Origin: an uncultured Chloroflexia bacterium
Lineage (GTDB): Bacteria > Chloroflexota > Chloroflexia > QHBQ01 > JADMIH01
Assembly (NCBI GenBank): GCA_963797095.1
Contig: CAWCNY010000002.1
Coordinates: 864,001-928,000 of the forward strand
Direction: 5' to 3'
DNA: 64,000 nucleotides
The position numbers were made by a program, and so were the translations under genes. The notes under the pieces were generated by a model, which searched no databases, had not been told where the DNA came from, and worked only from the letters and a program-made list of their open reading frames with translations. Below are positions 27,673 to 36,796 of this stretch, one piece after another (within the stretch, counting starts at the first letter, position 1; each line of letters starts with the position of its first letter).

Positions 27673-29475
27673 ATGACCACCTCTACTCAAACCCTGCCTC
27701 ATTGGGACATGACCCCCATTTTCCCCGCGCTCGACTCGTCTGAGTTCGATACCGCCTTCAAATCGCTCATCGGCCAGATCGATGATCTCACTGCCCTCTT
27801 TGATCGCTACAGCGTGAGCAGGCAGGAGCCTGCCCCCCTCGATGATGCCACCGTGTCCCACTTCGATGCGGTAATCACGCAATGGAACACCCTCTTGGAG
27901 AATTACCGCACCTTGAGCGCCTACATCCACTGCCATCTTGCCACCAACACCCGCGATAGTCTCGCGCAGAATCGCTACAGCGAGATGCAAGGCCAGGCTG
28001 TGCGCATAAACTTGCTTGGCGCTCGCTGGACCGCCTGGGTTGGCTCTCTCGACATCGACGCCCTGATCTCTCGTTCCCGGCAGGCGCGGGACCATGCCTT
28101 TAACCTGCGCAAAACTTCCGAGCGTGCCCGTCACCTAATGTCGCCCGCCGAAGAAACCCTGGCAGCCGAGCTTTACCCTAGCGGCGGGGGCGCATGGGAG
28201 AAACTGCACATCAGCTTCACTTCGCAACTGAGCGTGACTATCGACAACGATGGCGAACCCCAGGCCCTCCCTATAAGTGCCATCCGCAACCTTGCCTTCG
28301 ACCGCGACCGCGATGTGCGCCGCAGTGCCTACAAAGCCGAGCTTGCCGCCTGGGAGCGCGCCGAGGTGCCTGTTGCCGCCGCTCTCAACAGCGTGAAGGG
28401 CGAGGTCGCAACTCTATCGCGCAAGCGCGGTTGGGCCTCGCCTCTCGATGAAGCCATCTTCGACAGCAACATCGACCGCCCCACCCTCGACGCGATGCTC
28501 GGTGCGGCCCGCGAGTCGTTTCCTCACTTCCGCCGCTACTTGCGTGCTAAGGCTCGCGCCCTCGGCCTCGAACGTCTCGCCTGGTACGACATCTTCGCCC
28601 CCGTTGGCGAGAGCACCGGTGTGTGGGAATACTCCGACGCTATGCGCTTCATAGTCGAGCAATTCGGCTCCTATTCTCTCCGCCTCGGCTCATTCGCCGA
28701 GCGCGCCTTCAACGAAAACTGGATCGATGCCGAGCCTCGCGTCGGCAAGCGCGACGGCGCTTTCTGCATTCCCCTTCGCCGCGACGAATTGCGTGTCTTC
28801 GCCAACTTCAAGCCCTCCTACGGCGGCATGAGCACCCTCGCACACGAGCTGGGGCACGCCTACCACAACCTCAACAAAGCCGAACGCACCACCCTCCAGA
28901 AGAACACCCCAATGACCCTCGCCGAGACCGCTTCGATCTTCTGCGAAACCATCGTTCGCAACGCTGCCCTCCAGGTTGCCACTTCCCAGGAGCAACTGAC
29001 CATCCTCGAAGCCTCCTTACAGGACTCCTGCCAGGTAGTAGTTGACATAACAAGCAGGTTCCTCTTCGAGAGTCGTGTGTTCGACAAGCGCAAAGAGCGA
29101 GAGCTTACCGCCGACGAGTTTTGCGCCCTCATGCTCGAAGCCCAGAAAGAGACCTACGGCGATGGCCTCGACCCCGACGCTTTGCACCGCTACATGTGGG
29201 CCGTCAAACCCCACTACTACCGCGTCGGCCTATCCTTCTACAACTTCCCCTACATGTTCGGTCTTCTCTTCGGTCTCGGCCTCTACGCGCAGTATCGCCA
29301 GGACCCCGAAACCTTCCAGCGCAACTACGACGACCTCCTATCCTCCACCGGCCTCGACGACGCGGCGGGCCTGGCCTCGCGCTTCGGCATAGACATCCAC
29401 ACCCCCGACTTCTGGCGTGCAAGCCTCGATATCATCCGCCAGGATATAGACAAGTTCGAGGCCCTGGTGGGCTGA
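27673..29475 (+). CDS. M3 family oligoendopeptidase (PepF-like)
   Basis: GKRDGAFC, TLAHELGHAYH, AETASIF, FYNFPY. Confidence 0.92.
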   Translation: MTTSTQTLPHWDMTPIFPALDSSEFDTAFKSLIGQIDDLTALFDRYSVSRQEPAPLDDATVSHFDAVITQWNTLLENYRTLSAYIHCHLATNTRDSLAQNRYSEMQGQAVRINLLGARWTAWVGSLDIDALISRSRQARDHAFNLRKTSERARHLMSPAEETLAAELYPSGGGAWEKLHISFTSQLSVTIDNDGEPQALPISAIRNLAFDRDRDVRRSAYKAELAAWERAEVPVAAALNSVKGEVATLSRKRGWASPLDEAIFDSNIDRPTLDAMLGAARESFPHFRRYLRAKARALGLERLAWYDIFAPVGESTGVWEYSDAMRFIVEQFGSYSLRLGSFAERAFNENWIDAEPRVGKRDGAFCIPLRRDELRVFANFKPSYGGMSTLAHELGHAYHNLNKAERTTLQKNTPMTLAETASIFCETIVRNAALQVATSQEQLTILEASLQDSCQVVVDITSRFLFESRVFDKRKERELTADEFCALMLEAQKETYGDGLDPDALHRYMWAVKPHYYRVGLSFYNFPYMFGLLFGLGLYAQYRQDPETFQRNYDDLLSSTGLDDAAGLASRFGIDIHTPDFWRASLDIIRQDIDKFEALVG

Positions 29476-29476
29476 T

Positions 29477-29872
29477 ATGAGCAGCAAGTGTCGAGACTCT
29501 TACGAGAAACTGCGCGACTTCGCGCTTGGGCTGCCCGAAGCGTTTGAAGATCACCCCTGGGGCGAGAACGTGGTCAAAGTCAATAAGAAGGTCTTCGTCT
29601 TCTTCGGTCTTCCTGAGAGCCTGGACGAACGGCTCCTTTTGGTCGTAAAGCTGCCGCGCACGGGCGAATACGCCCTCGATATGCCCTTCGTCAAGCCGAG
29701 CGGCTATGGCCTCGGCAAGCACGGGTGGGTCAACATCCAGCTGGGCCCCGACGATGATCTGCCAATGGATCTCCTGTTGGAATGGGTGGAGGAAAGCTAT
29801 CGCGCGGTAGCTCCCAAACGTCTTGTTGCGCGACTCGAAGAAACAAGGAGTGAGGATGATCTCTATTCGTAA
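29477..29872 (+). CDS. MmcQ/YjbR family DNA-binding protein
   Basis: LPEAFEDHPWG, KVNKKVF, GKHGWV, ESYRAVAPK. Confidence 0.85.
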   Translation: MSSKCRDSYEKLRDFALGLPEAFEDHPWGENVVKVNKKVFVFFGLPESLDERLLLVVKLPRTGEYALDMPFVKPSGYGLGKHGWVNIQLGPDDDLPMDLLLEWVEESYRAVAPKRLVARLEETRSEDDLYS

Positions 29873-29974
29873 AGCGTTTCCTCTCTGTATGCTCCCCCTT
29901 CAACCCCCTGGACTCCTGATCCCAATCCCATCGTAGGGTGAAGCATAGCTAGCCCTCTTTAGCCCCAGGCATCA

Positions 29975-30031
29975 TTCCGCACTCCGCACTCCGCACTCCG
30001 CACTCCCCATTTCGCACTCCCCATTTCGCAC
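29975..30031. repeat. heptamer array CTCCGCA / CTCCCCA / TTTCGCA
   Basis: About eight degenerate 7-bp units, same family as 11901-11952 on the opposite strand. Confidence 0.8.
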
Positions 30032-30049
30032 GTTGGAGCATGTTCATAA

Positions 30050-31186
30050 TTGGAGCAACAACCAATGCCCGCGCCCCAATTCATCCCAGGTCTGGAACTC
30101 AGCAAACGCTTCTACCAAGAAGCGGTTTTCCCCATACTCAATGAGCACTTCCCCAACCTTCCCTACGCTGCTGCCCGCGTAGGCCACGGCAGCGAGGTGC
30201 TCGGCTTCGACACCCCAATGTCCACCGATCACAACTGGGGACCCTCCTTGCAGATCTTCCTGCGCGATCAAGATGCCGCGCTCGCTCCCCAGATCACCGA
30301 GGTGCTGAGCCACAATCTCCCCTACGTCTTCTACGGCTATGCAACCCACTTCATCAACTCAACTCTCGAACCGGGCAAAGGCACCGTACACCAGGAAATC
30401 AAGTCCGAAGGCCCGATCAACCACATGGTCTACACAGGCACTCTCCGCGCTTTCATCCAGGACGACCTAGCCTACGACCTCGACGATCCCCTTACGCCCG
30501 CCGACTGGCTCACCTTCCCCTCGCAAAAGCTACGCACCCTCACTGCCGGTGCGGTCTATCGCGACGATACCGGCGACCTGACGGCCCTTCGCCAGCGCCT
30601 CGCCTGGTATCCTCATGACGTTTGGCTCTACCTGCTGGCCGCCGGTTGGAAGCGCATCTCCCAGGAAGAACACCTCATGCCGCGTGCAGGCTATGTCGGC
30701 GACGAACTGGGTTCAGCCCTCATAGGCTCCCGCCTTGTGCGCGATCTCATGACCCTCTGCTTCCTCATGGAGCGCCGCTACGCCCCCTACCCCAAGTGGT
30801 TCGGCACCGCCTTCAAGCAGCTAAAGTGCGCCCCCGCCCTCACCCCCGCCCTCTGGTGTTCCCAGATCGCTCCCACCTGGCAGGAGCGCGAAACTGGCCT
30901 GAGCGAAGCCTACGAATACATCACCCGCGCCCACAACGCGCTGGGGATCACGCCACCTCTCCCCACCACCGTGTCGCACTTCTTCGGACGCCCCTTCAAC
31001 GTGATCTACGGCGAAAAATGCGTCGACATCATCCTGTCGCAACTCACCGACCCCGCCGTCAAGCTAATAGCCTCCTCAACCCTCATCGGCAGCCTCGACC
31101 AGTTCAGCGACAGCACAGATCTGCGCGAAGATACCCACCGCCGCAAGCGCCTGCTATCTCTCTATAGAGACGACCTACCCCAATAA
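30050..31186 (+). CDS. DUF4037 domain protein (nucleotidyltransferase-like)
   Basis: GHGSEVLGFD..STDHNWGP, WYPHDVW, YAPYPKW motifs. Confidence 0.8.
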   Translation: MEQQPMPAPQFIPGLELSKRFYQEAVFPILNEHFPNLPYAAARVGHGSEVLGFDTPMSTDHNWGPSLQIFLRDQDAALAPQITEVLSHNLPYVFYGYATHFINSTLEPGKGTVHQEIKSEGPINHMVYTGTLRAFIQDDLAYDLDDPLTPADWLTFPSQKLRTLTAGAVYRDDTGDLTALRQRLAWYPHDVWLYLLAAGWKRISQEEHLMPRAGYVGDELGSALIGSRLVRDLMTLCFLMERRYAPYPKWFGTAFKQLKCAPALTPALWCSQIAPTWQERETGLSEAYEYITRAHNALGITPPLPTTVSHFFGRPFNVIYGEKCVDIILSQLTDPAVKLIASSTLIGSLDQFSDSTDLREDTHRRKRLLSLYRDDLPQ

Positions 31187-31190
31187 TTCA

Positions 31191-31271
31191 CCCGAAAGTA
31201 CACTCCAAAACCTGTCCCGTTTTGCCCCACCATTGTCATTTACCCCACCATTGTCATTTAGTATATGAGGG
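31191..31271 (+). promoter_or_regulatory. conserved promoter-like motif, copy 2, with an internal 18-bp tandem duplication
   Basis: CCCGAAAGTACACTCCAAAACCTGTCC...; CCCCACCATTGTCATTTA at 31225-31242 and 31243-31260. Confidence 0.55.
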
Positions 31272-31426
31272 AGATATACACGGCAATTCCTGCAAGGCAG
31301 CCTAGATCGATCAAAATACAATATCTCGTCCCGGAATAACCCTCAACTGGAACAATCCTTGCTTGATCATCGTCAGATAACTGTTGACAATCAACGAACT
31401 GAGCTACAGACAGGAGGCTTCACACT

Positions 31427-32032
31427 ATGCAACGATTGCTCAGATACATAGCAGCGTTTTCCCTGCTGGCCATCGGCCTTTTTTCAGTGGTAAGTCTGGC
31501 CCACGCCCAGACCGGCCCTTCCCTCGGTATCGCCGGTGAGGGATGGCATCTCACCCAGATACAGCGCTCTGCAGGCAATTCAACCGACACCTCGGACGTA
31601 ACCATCACCATCAACTTCGACGACCAGTGGCAAGCTTCAGGCCACAGCACCTGCAACAGCTACGGTGCTTCCTACCAGCAAGGCGCTGACAACTCGCTGA
31701 CCTTTAGCGACTTCCTCCAGACCTTCCGCGCCTGCGTCGATACCCGTCTTATGGGCCTGGAAAACGAATACTTCGCGGCCCTCCAGAATGTCACATCCTA
31801 CAACCTGAATAATGACACCCTACAGTTGTTCTATAACGGCGGCAACAGCGTGCTAACCTTCGAGCCGACCCCGGTTCCCGGCACAACCGGCACGACCGGC
31901 GGTACAACGATTGGGATGCCTCAGACCGGCCTCGGCGTCGCCGATATCACACCTTCCGTGATCTTCGGTGTGTCGCTCCTATTGCTTGGAGCAAGTCTGC
32001 TCGTGTGGCGTCGCCTCGCCCGCTCGGCCTAG
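31427..32032 (+). CDS. secreted META (HslJ-like) domain protein with MPQTG sorting-like signal
   Basis: Signal peptide, W.L..I, GHSTCNSYGASY, T.RAC; C-terminal MPQTG-TM-RR. Confidence 0.8.
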   Translation: MQRLLRYIAAFSLLAIGLFSVVSLAHAQTGPSLGIAGEGWHLTQIQRSAGNSTDTSDVTITINFDDQWQASGHSTCNSYGASYQQGADNSLTFSDFLQTFRACVDTRLMGLENEYFAALQNVTSYNLNNDTLQLFYNGGNSVLTFEPTPVPGTTGTTGGTTIGMPQTGLGVADITPSVIFGVSLLLLGASLLVWRRLARSA

Positions 32033-32841
32033 CTCATCTTCTTGCCCCGCACTGCCCAGGCCCTGCCCACCAACCGGATCGAGCCATCCGCCTCAACAGG
32101 CAACCTCGATCTTATCAACTCACGCAATTCTGAGCGTTCCTCAGCGCCAAGCGACATAGCGTAGTTTGGCGCTGGGCCTTGCCCACCGAGAAAGGGCGAC
32201 CAGTAGTCGTCAAAGTCACGGAAGTGCGTGGGTGCATCAATAGGTCTCGCTGCCACATCTCTCAGACCTGCTTGTTTCCATAACTCCTTGAGAGGTTCCG
32301 GCCTGCAAATAAGGAATCGCCTTCCCTCGTCCAGTTCCAGTGCTCCTGGATTAAGGTCCGCTGCCGCATCCCAGAAGTACTTCATCAACTCCATCTTCTC
32401 GGCGTAGTCCCACACGTAAACCGCCACCGTTCCCCCCGCCGCGGCAACTCGCGCCATCTCACTCGCTGCTTTCGGGGGATCGGGCACAAAGTTGAGCATC
32501 AGCCCAGACACAACAGCGCCGTACATACCTGCTTCGTATGGTAAAGCCTGCGCATCACCTACATCGAACCGTACCGCCGTCCCCTGCACGTTGGCGCGTG
32601 CGAAACCGATAAAGCCCTCCGAAGGGTCTATCCCGGTCACAGACTCAGGATGCGCCGCTTCCAGGATGGTCCTTGTGAGCGCGCCCGTTCCGCACCCCAC
32701 ATCCAGCCACTTTGCTCCGTCCGGCAGTTCGAGCCACGCCACAAACTCTCGCGCCACCAGCCTGCTCCAGCGCCCCACATAAGGCTCGTAGGCATCGCCA
32801 CTGGCCCATGCTTCCTTTCGCTTTGCTAAGGCATCTTCCAT
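32029..32841 (-). CDS. class I SAM-dependent methyltransferase
   Basis: WLDVGCGTG motif I, GIDPS, GDAQALP. Confidence 0.9.
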   Translation of the reverse strand: MEDALAKRKEAWASGDAYEPYVGRWSRLVAREFVAWLELPDGAKWLDVGCGTGALTRTILEAAHPESVTGIDPSEGFIGFARANVQGTAVRFDVGDAQALPYEAGMYGAVVSGLMLNFVPDPPKAASEMARVAAAGGTVAVYVWDYAEKMELMKYFWDAAADLNPGALELDEGRRFLICRPEPLKELWKQAGLRDVAARPIDAPTHFRDFDDYWSPFLGGQGPAPNYAMSLGAEERSELRELIRSRLPVEADGSIRLVGRAWAVRGKKMS

Positions 32842-32909
32842 AACACTCTCCCCTACTCATTCTCGCCAAATCGCGGACCCTCTATGTTATACATGGCCGA
32901 CGCAAAGTG

Positions 32910-32941
32910 TTGTAGGGGCGAGGCATGCCTGGCCCCTACAA
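32910..32941. repeat. REP-like palindrome (GTAG family)
   Basis: TGTAGGGGCGAGGCATGCCTGGCCCCTACA. Confidence 0.7.
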
Positions 32942-33193
32942 CCAATTCATCCTTCCAACAACGTACCGACTTTGCACTCGCCCTGCTATGGTATGCCTCC
33001 AGGCTCGATGCATCGGTGAAACATATTATATGATCATATGACCCTTCCCTTACTCATGGGTGTTACCAATACTCATGGGTGTTACCAAAGCACATAGGCA
33101 AGCTGCAAAGATAGGACTATGCAAGCCCGATGAGTGCGCGTTATACTACAGTATAGAAACCACTCCAAACTGAAGAAAGGAAAGCCTCAGGCT

Positions 33194-33421
33194 ATGCCCA
33201 TTTACGAATACTTCTGCCCACATTGCAAGACAGCCTTCGAGAAGCTGCGCCCTATCGCCTCGAGCGACAGCGATATTGAGTGCCCCAAATGTGGCTCCAA
33301 AGTGCGGCGAATGCTCTCTGTAGTGGCCGCTATCAGCCGTAGCTCTGAGGCCGGCCAATCGTACAGCGGTGGAGGCGGCTGTGGTTGCGGCGGCAACTGT
33401 GCCTGCGGCAGGCATAACTGA
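33194..33421 (+). CDS. FmdB family zinc-ribbon protein
   Basis: MPIYEYFCPHC..FE..CPKCGS plus Cys/Gly-rich tail. Confidence 0.85.
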   Translation: MPIYEYFCPHCKTAFEKLRPIASSDSDIECPKCGSKVRRMLSVVAAISRSSEAGQSYSGGGGCGCGGNCACGRHN

Positions 33422-33603
33422 CGATTCTCCGCTGAATTGTACCCGGACTTCTGTATTTGTACGGTGTGGCAATTTCCACATGCTGTGCTGATCATTCCAC
33501 CGATTCTTTACCGATTTAGACCCATTCTGCAACTAATAAGCATTAATATGAAGGTGAAAACGTCTATTTTGCGTATGATCCGGCGTTCATGCCGGAACAA
33601 CGG

Positions 33604-33632
33604 TTGCACGCCTGTAAATGTAGTGCTATAAT
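33604..33632 (+). promoter_or_regulatory. sigma70 promoter of gatB
   Basis: TTGCAC-17-TATAAT with TG extension. Confidence 0.65.
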
Positions 33633-33664
33633 TAAGATTGGCCCTATGAGGAGTGCGTTATAAA

Positions 33665-35224
33665 ATGGCAAATACAGCCGAAGCGTCAGACGGGATATCT
33701 ACGCTCCGTGATGACTTGCAAGAGGCAGCGGGTTCCGGCTTTCTGACTACAATCGGCCTGGAAGTGCACGCCCAACTCCTCACGGAGAGCAAGATGTTTT
33801 GCGGTTGCGGCGCGAGCATTGCCTATGCTCCGCCTAACTCTCACGTCTGTCCTGTCTGCATGGGTATGCCCGGCACTCTCCCCGTGATCAACTCCGAAGC
33901 TGTGCGCAAGACGCTTCTTACCGGCCTGGCACTGCACTGCACAGTCCCTCCTCTTTCCAAGTTCGACCGCAAGAATTACCCCTATCCCGACCTGATGAAG
34001 GGTTACCAGATCTCCCAGTATGACCTTCCCTTCTGCAAGGATGGTTACATCGATGTTGAGGAGACCGATCCCAGGGGCAACATCACGCGCACCTTTCGGG
34101 TGGGCATCATCCGCGCGCACCTTGAGGAAGACACCGCCCGCCTCATGCACCGCACCGACCCTGATGGTACCCCCTACAGCCTGATGGATGTGAACCGGGC
34201 AGGCGTGCCCCTCATGGAAGTAGTATCGGCCCCCGACATCAACTCCCCCGAAGAGGCCGAGCTTTATTTGATGCAATTGCGCCACCTGCTCCGCTGGCTA
34301 GCCGTATCGACGGGCAATATGGAAGAAGGCGCTTTCAGGTGCGATGCCAACGTTTCGGTGCGCCCAGCCGGGCAACAAGAGTATGGTACCAAGGTCGAGA
34401 TCAAGAACATGAACTCGTTCAAGGCCGTGGTCGCCGCGCTCAAGTACGAGGTCAATCGCCAGGTCGAAATGCTCCAACGTGGCGAGCGCATTGTGCAGGA
34501 AACGCGCGGTTGGGACGACGTGCGCAACATCACCGTTTCTCAGCGCACCAAGGAAGAGGCCCACGACTACCGCTACTTCCCCGAACCAGACCTGCCCCCT
34601 CTCACCTTCTCGCCTGAGCAGGTTGAAGCCTTGCAAGCTCAGTTGCCTGAGCTACCCACCGCCCGCCGCGACCGTTTCATGAGCCAGTACGGCGTTTCGG
34701 CCTACGACGCCAACCAATTGTTGTCGAGCCGAGCCACCGCCGACTACTACGAGCGCGTGGTCGAAGGGATAGGCTCAAACGACGAGCGCGCCCGCATCGC
34801 GGCAAGTTTCATTGTGAACGACCTTGCCCGCCTCCTTAGCGAAGAGGGCGGCTCCATAGAAGAGAGCACTCTTGAGCCTTCCACCCTGCGTGAACTTGTA
34901 GATCTGGTAGCGGAAGGCACTATCAACCATACAATAGCCAAGGGTCTCCTTCCTGATCTTTTCAGGGATGGCGGCTCGCCGAAATCCATTGTAATCGAGC
35001 GTGGGTTGGCGATCCTGCGCGACGAGTTGGCCCTCGAAAAAGCGGTGGATGACGCCATCTCCGCCAATCCGAAGGCCGTTGCGGACTATCTGGGGGGCAA
35101 AGAGAGCGCAATCGCCGCGTTCCTCGGCCCCATCATGCGGGCAACCCGGGGCCAGGCAGACGCCAATACGGTTCGCGAGATGCTCAAGCGGAAATTGGAA
35201 GGAATGCGGGAGAGTCACGAGTAA
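33665..35224 (+). CDS. gatB: Asp-tRNA(Asn)/Glu-tRNA(Gln) amidotransferase subunit B
   Basis: IGLEVHAQL, FDRKNY.YPD, HLEED, RCDANVS, EIKNMNS, YRYFPEPDL. Confidence 0.96.
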   Translation: MANTAEASDGISTLRDDLQEAAGSGFLTTIGLEVHAQLLTESKMFCGCGASIAYAPPNSHVCPVCMGMPGTLPVINSEAVRKTLLTGLALHCTVPPLSKFDRKNYPYPDLMKGYQISQYDLPFCKDGYIDVEETDPRGNITRTFRVGIIRAHLEEDTARLMHRTDPDGTPYSLMDVNRAGVPLMEVVSAPDINSPEEAELYLMQLRHLLRWLAVSTGNMEEGAFRCDANVSVRPAGQQEYGTKVEIKNMNSFKAVVAALKYEVNRQVEMLQRGERIVQETRGWDDVRNITVSQRTKEEAHDYRYFPEPDLPPLTFSPEQVEALQAQLPELPTARRDRFMSQYGVSAYDANQLLSSRATADYYERVVEGIGSNDERARIAASFIVNDLARLLSEEGGSIEESTLEPSTLRELVDLVAEGTINHTIAKGLLPDLFRDGGSPKSIVIERGLAILRDELALEKAVDDAISANPKAVADYLGGKESAIAAFLGPIMRATRGQADANTVREMLKRKLEGMRESHE

Positions 35225-35258
35225 CGAGTTACAGCATAAGCACTCGTCACTTACCACT
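35213..35258. repeat. heptamer array with inverted partner at the gatB stop
   Basis: AGTCACG AGTAACG AGTTACA ... ACTCGTCACTTACCACT. Confidence 0.6.
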
Positions 35259-35314
35259 TGCCCGCCCTGAAATCAAATCGGCCATTATTACACTCAATGA
35301 GGAGAACCAAACCA

Positions 35315-36580
35315 ATGTCGGCAGAACCAAAACTACACAAGCCTAACCCATATCAGGTAGCCGTCGAGCAATTTATGATTGCCGCCGAGAAGCTGAACCT
35401 GGAAGAGGGGATGAAGCAGGTACTTTCCAAACCCAAGCGCGAGTTGATCGTGAACTTCCCCGTCCGCATGGACGACGGTTCCCTGCGCGTCTTTACCGGT
35501 TTCCGGGTGCAGCATTCCCTCACTCGCGGCCCCGCAAAAGGCGGTATCCGCTATCACCAGGATGTTTCCCTTGACGAGGTGAAAGCCCTCGCCATGTGGA
35601 TGACCTGGAAGTGCGCCACCGTCGGTATTCCCTACGGTGGAGGCAAGGGCGGCGTTATTGTTGACCCCAAGCAACTGAGCCTCGCCGAGACCGAGCGCCT
35701 CACTCGCCGCTTCGCCGCCGAGATAGCCCCTATCATCGGCCCCGAGGTGGACATCCCCGCTCCCGATGTGAACACCAACTCTCAGACGATGGCCTGGATA
35801 ATGGACACCATTTCCATGATGCGCGGCTATCCGATCCCCGGCCTCATTACCGGCAAACCTATCGCCGTCGAAGGCTCGCTTGGGCGCAACGAAGCGACCG
35901 CGCGCGGTCTCCAGTACGTGGTGCGTGAAGCCGTCAAAGAGCAGGGGATGGACCTCAAGGGTGCTCGTGTTGTGGTGCAGGGCTATGGCAACGCAGGCGC
36001 GATTGCTGCCCGCCTCCTCTCCGAGGATGGGGCTACTGTTATCGCCGTCTCAGACAGCAAAGGTGGCATCTACAACACAAAGGGTATCGATCCTGTGAGC
36101 GCCCTCCGCTACAAGCAGGAGCACGGCACCCTCTCCGGCTTCGCAGGCTCGGACGATATCTCCAACGAGGCTATCCTGGAGGTCGATTGCGACATCCTGG
36201 TGCCCGCCGCTCTCGAAAGCGTGATCACAGAGAGCAACGCCTCTCGCATCAATGCCAGGATGATCGCCGAGGCCGCCAACGGCCCCACCACCCCGGAAGC
36301 TGATCGCATCCTGTATGACAAGGGGATTATGGTCCTACCTGATATCCTGGCGAACGCCGGTGGCGTGACCGTCTCGTATTTCGAGTGGGCTCAGAATATC
36401 CAGGGCTACTACTGGGCAGAGGACGAGGTCAACGAGAAGCTGGAGCGCGTGATGAAGCGTGCCTTCCTCGATGTACACCAGATCTCCGACAACAACTCGG
36501 TAGATATGAGGACCGGTGCCTATATGCTGGCTATTTCGCGTGTAGCTGAAGTAACCCGCCTGCGCGGCATCTTCCCGTAG
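35315..36580 (+). CDS. gdhA: Glu/Leu/Phe/Val dehydrogenase (glutamate dehydrogenase)
   Basis: GPAKGGIRY, GGGKGG, PAPDVNT, QGYGNAG, ANAGGVTVSYFEW. Confidence 0.92.
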   Translation: MSAEPKLHKPNPYQVAVEQFMIAAEKLNLEEGMKQVLSKPKRELIVNFPVRMDDGSLRVFTGFRVQHSLTRGPAKGGIRYHQDVSLDEVKALAMWMTWKCATVGIPYGGGKGGVIVDPKQLSLAETERLTRRFAAEIAPIIGPEVDIPAPDVNTNSQTMAWIMDTISMMRGYPIPGLITGKPIAVEGSLGRNEATARGLQYVVREAVKEQGMDLKGARVVVQGYGNAGAIAARLLSEDGATVIAVSDSKGGIYNTKGIDPVSALRYKQEHGTLSGFAGSDDISNEAILEVDCDILVPAALESVITESNASRINARMIAEAANGPTTPEADRILYDKGIMVLPDILANAGGVTVSYFEWAQNIQGYYWAEDEVNEKLERVMKRAFLDVHQISDNNSVDMRTGAYMLAISRVAEVTRLRGIFP

Positions 36581-36603
36581 TAGACAAAAGACGAAACGTG
36601 AAA

Positions 36604-36790
36604 CATCCCCAAATTTAGATTCAGCTTCGCAGGCGTGCAATCTGGTTCTAAAAAGAGCGAAATTGGCGGCTAGCCGCCAATTTCGCTCTTTTTAGAAGGC
36701 CCATCCCCAGATCTTGGAGATGATTGGGAGGGGTCTTTGGTCGTTCCCAATCTGTTGTACGCACGAAACTAAAAGTCGGGATGATCCATG
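36604..36790. repeat. ~120-bp palindromic MITE/REP-like element, copy A, with an extra distal inverted end
   Basis: 52-bp perfect palindrome at 36646-36697; homologous to 59560-59675. Confidence 0.75.
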
Positions 36791-36796
36791 TATCCC

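Noticed and set aside
33490-33530. Weak ACCGATT repeats upstream of gatB
   Set aside because: Only two to three degenerate copies, which is compatible with chance.
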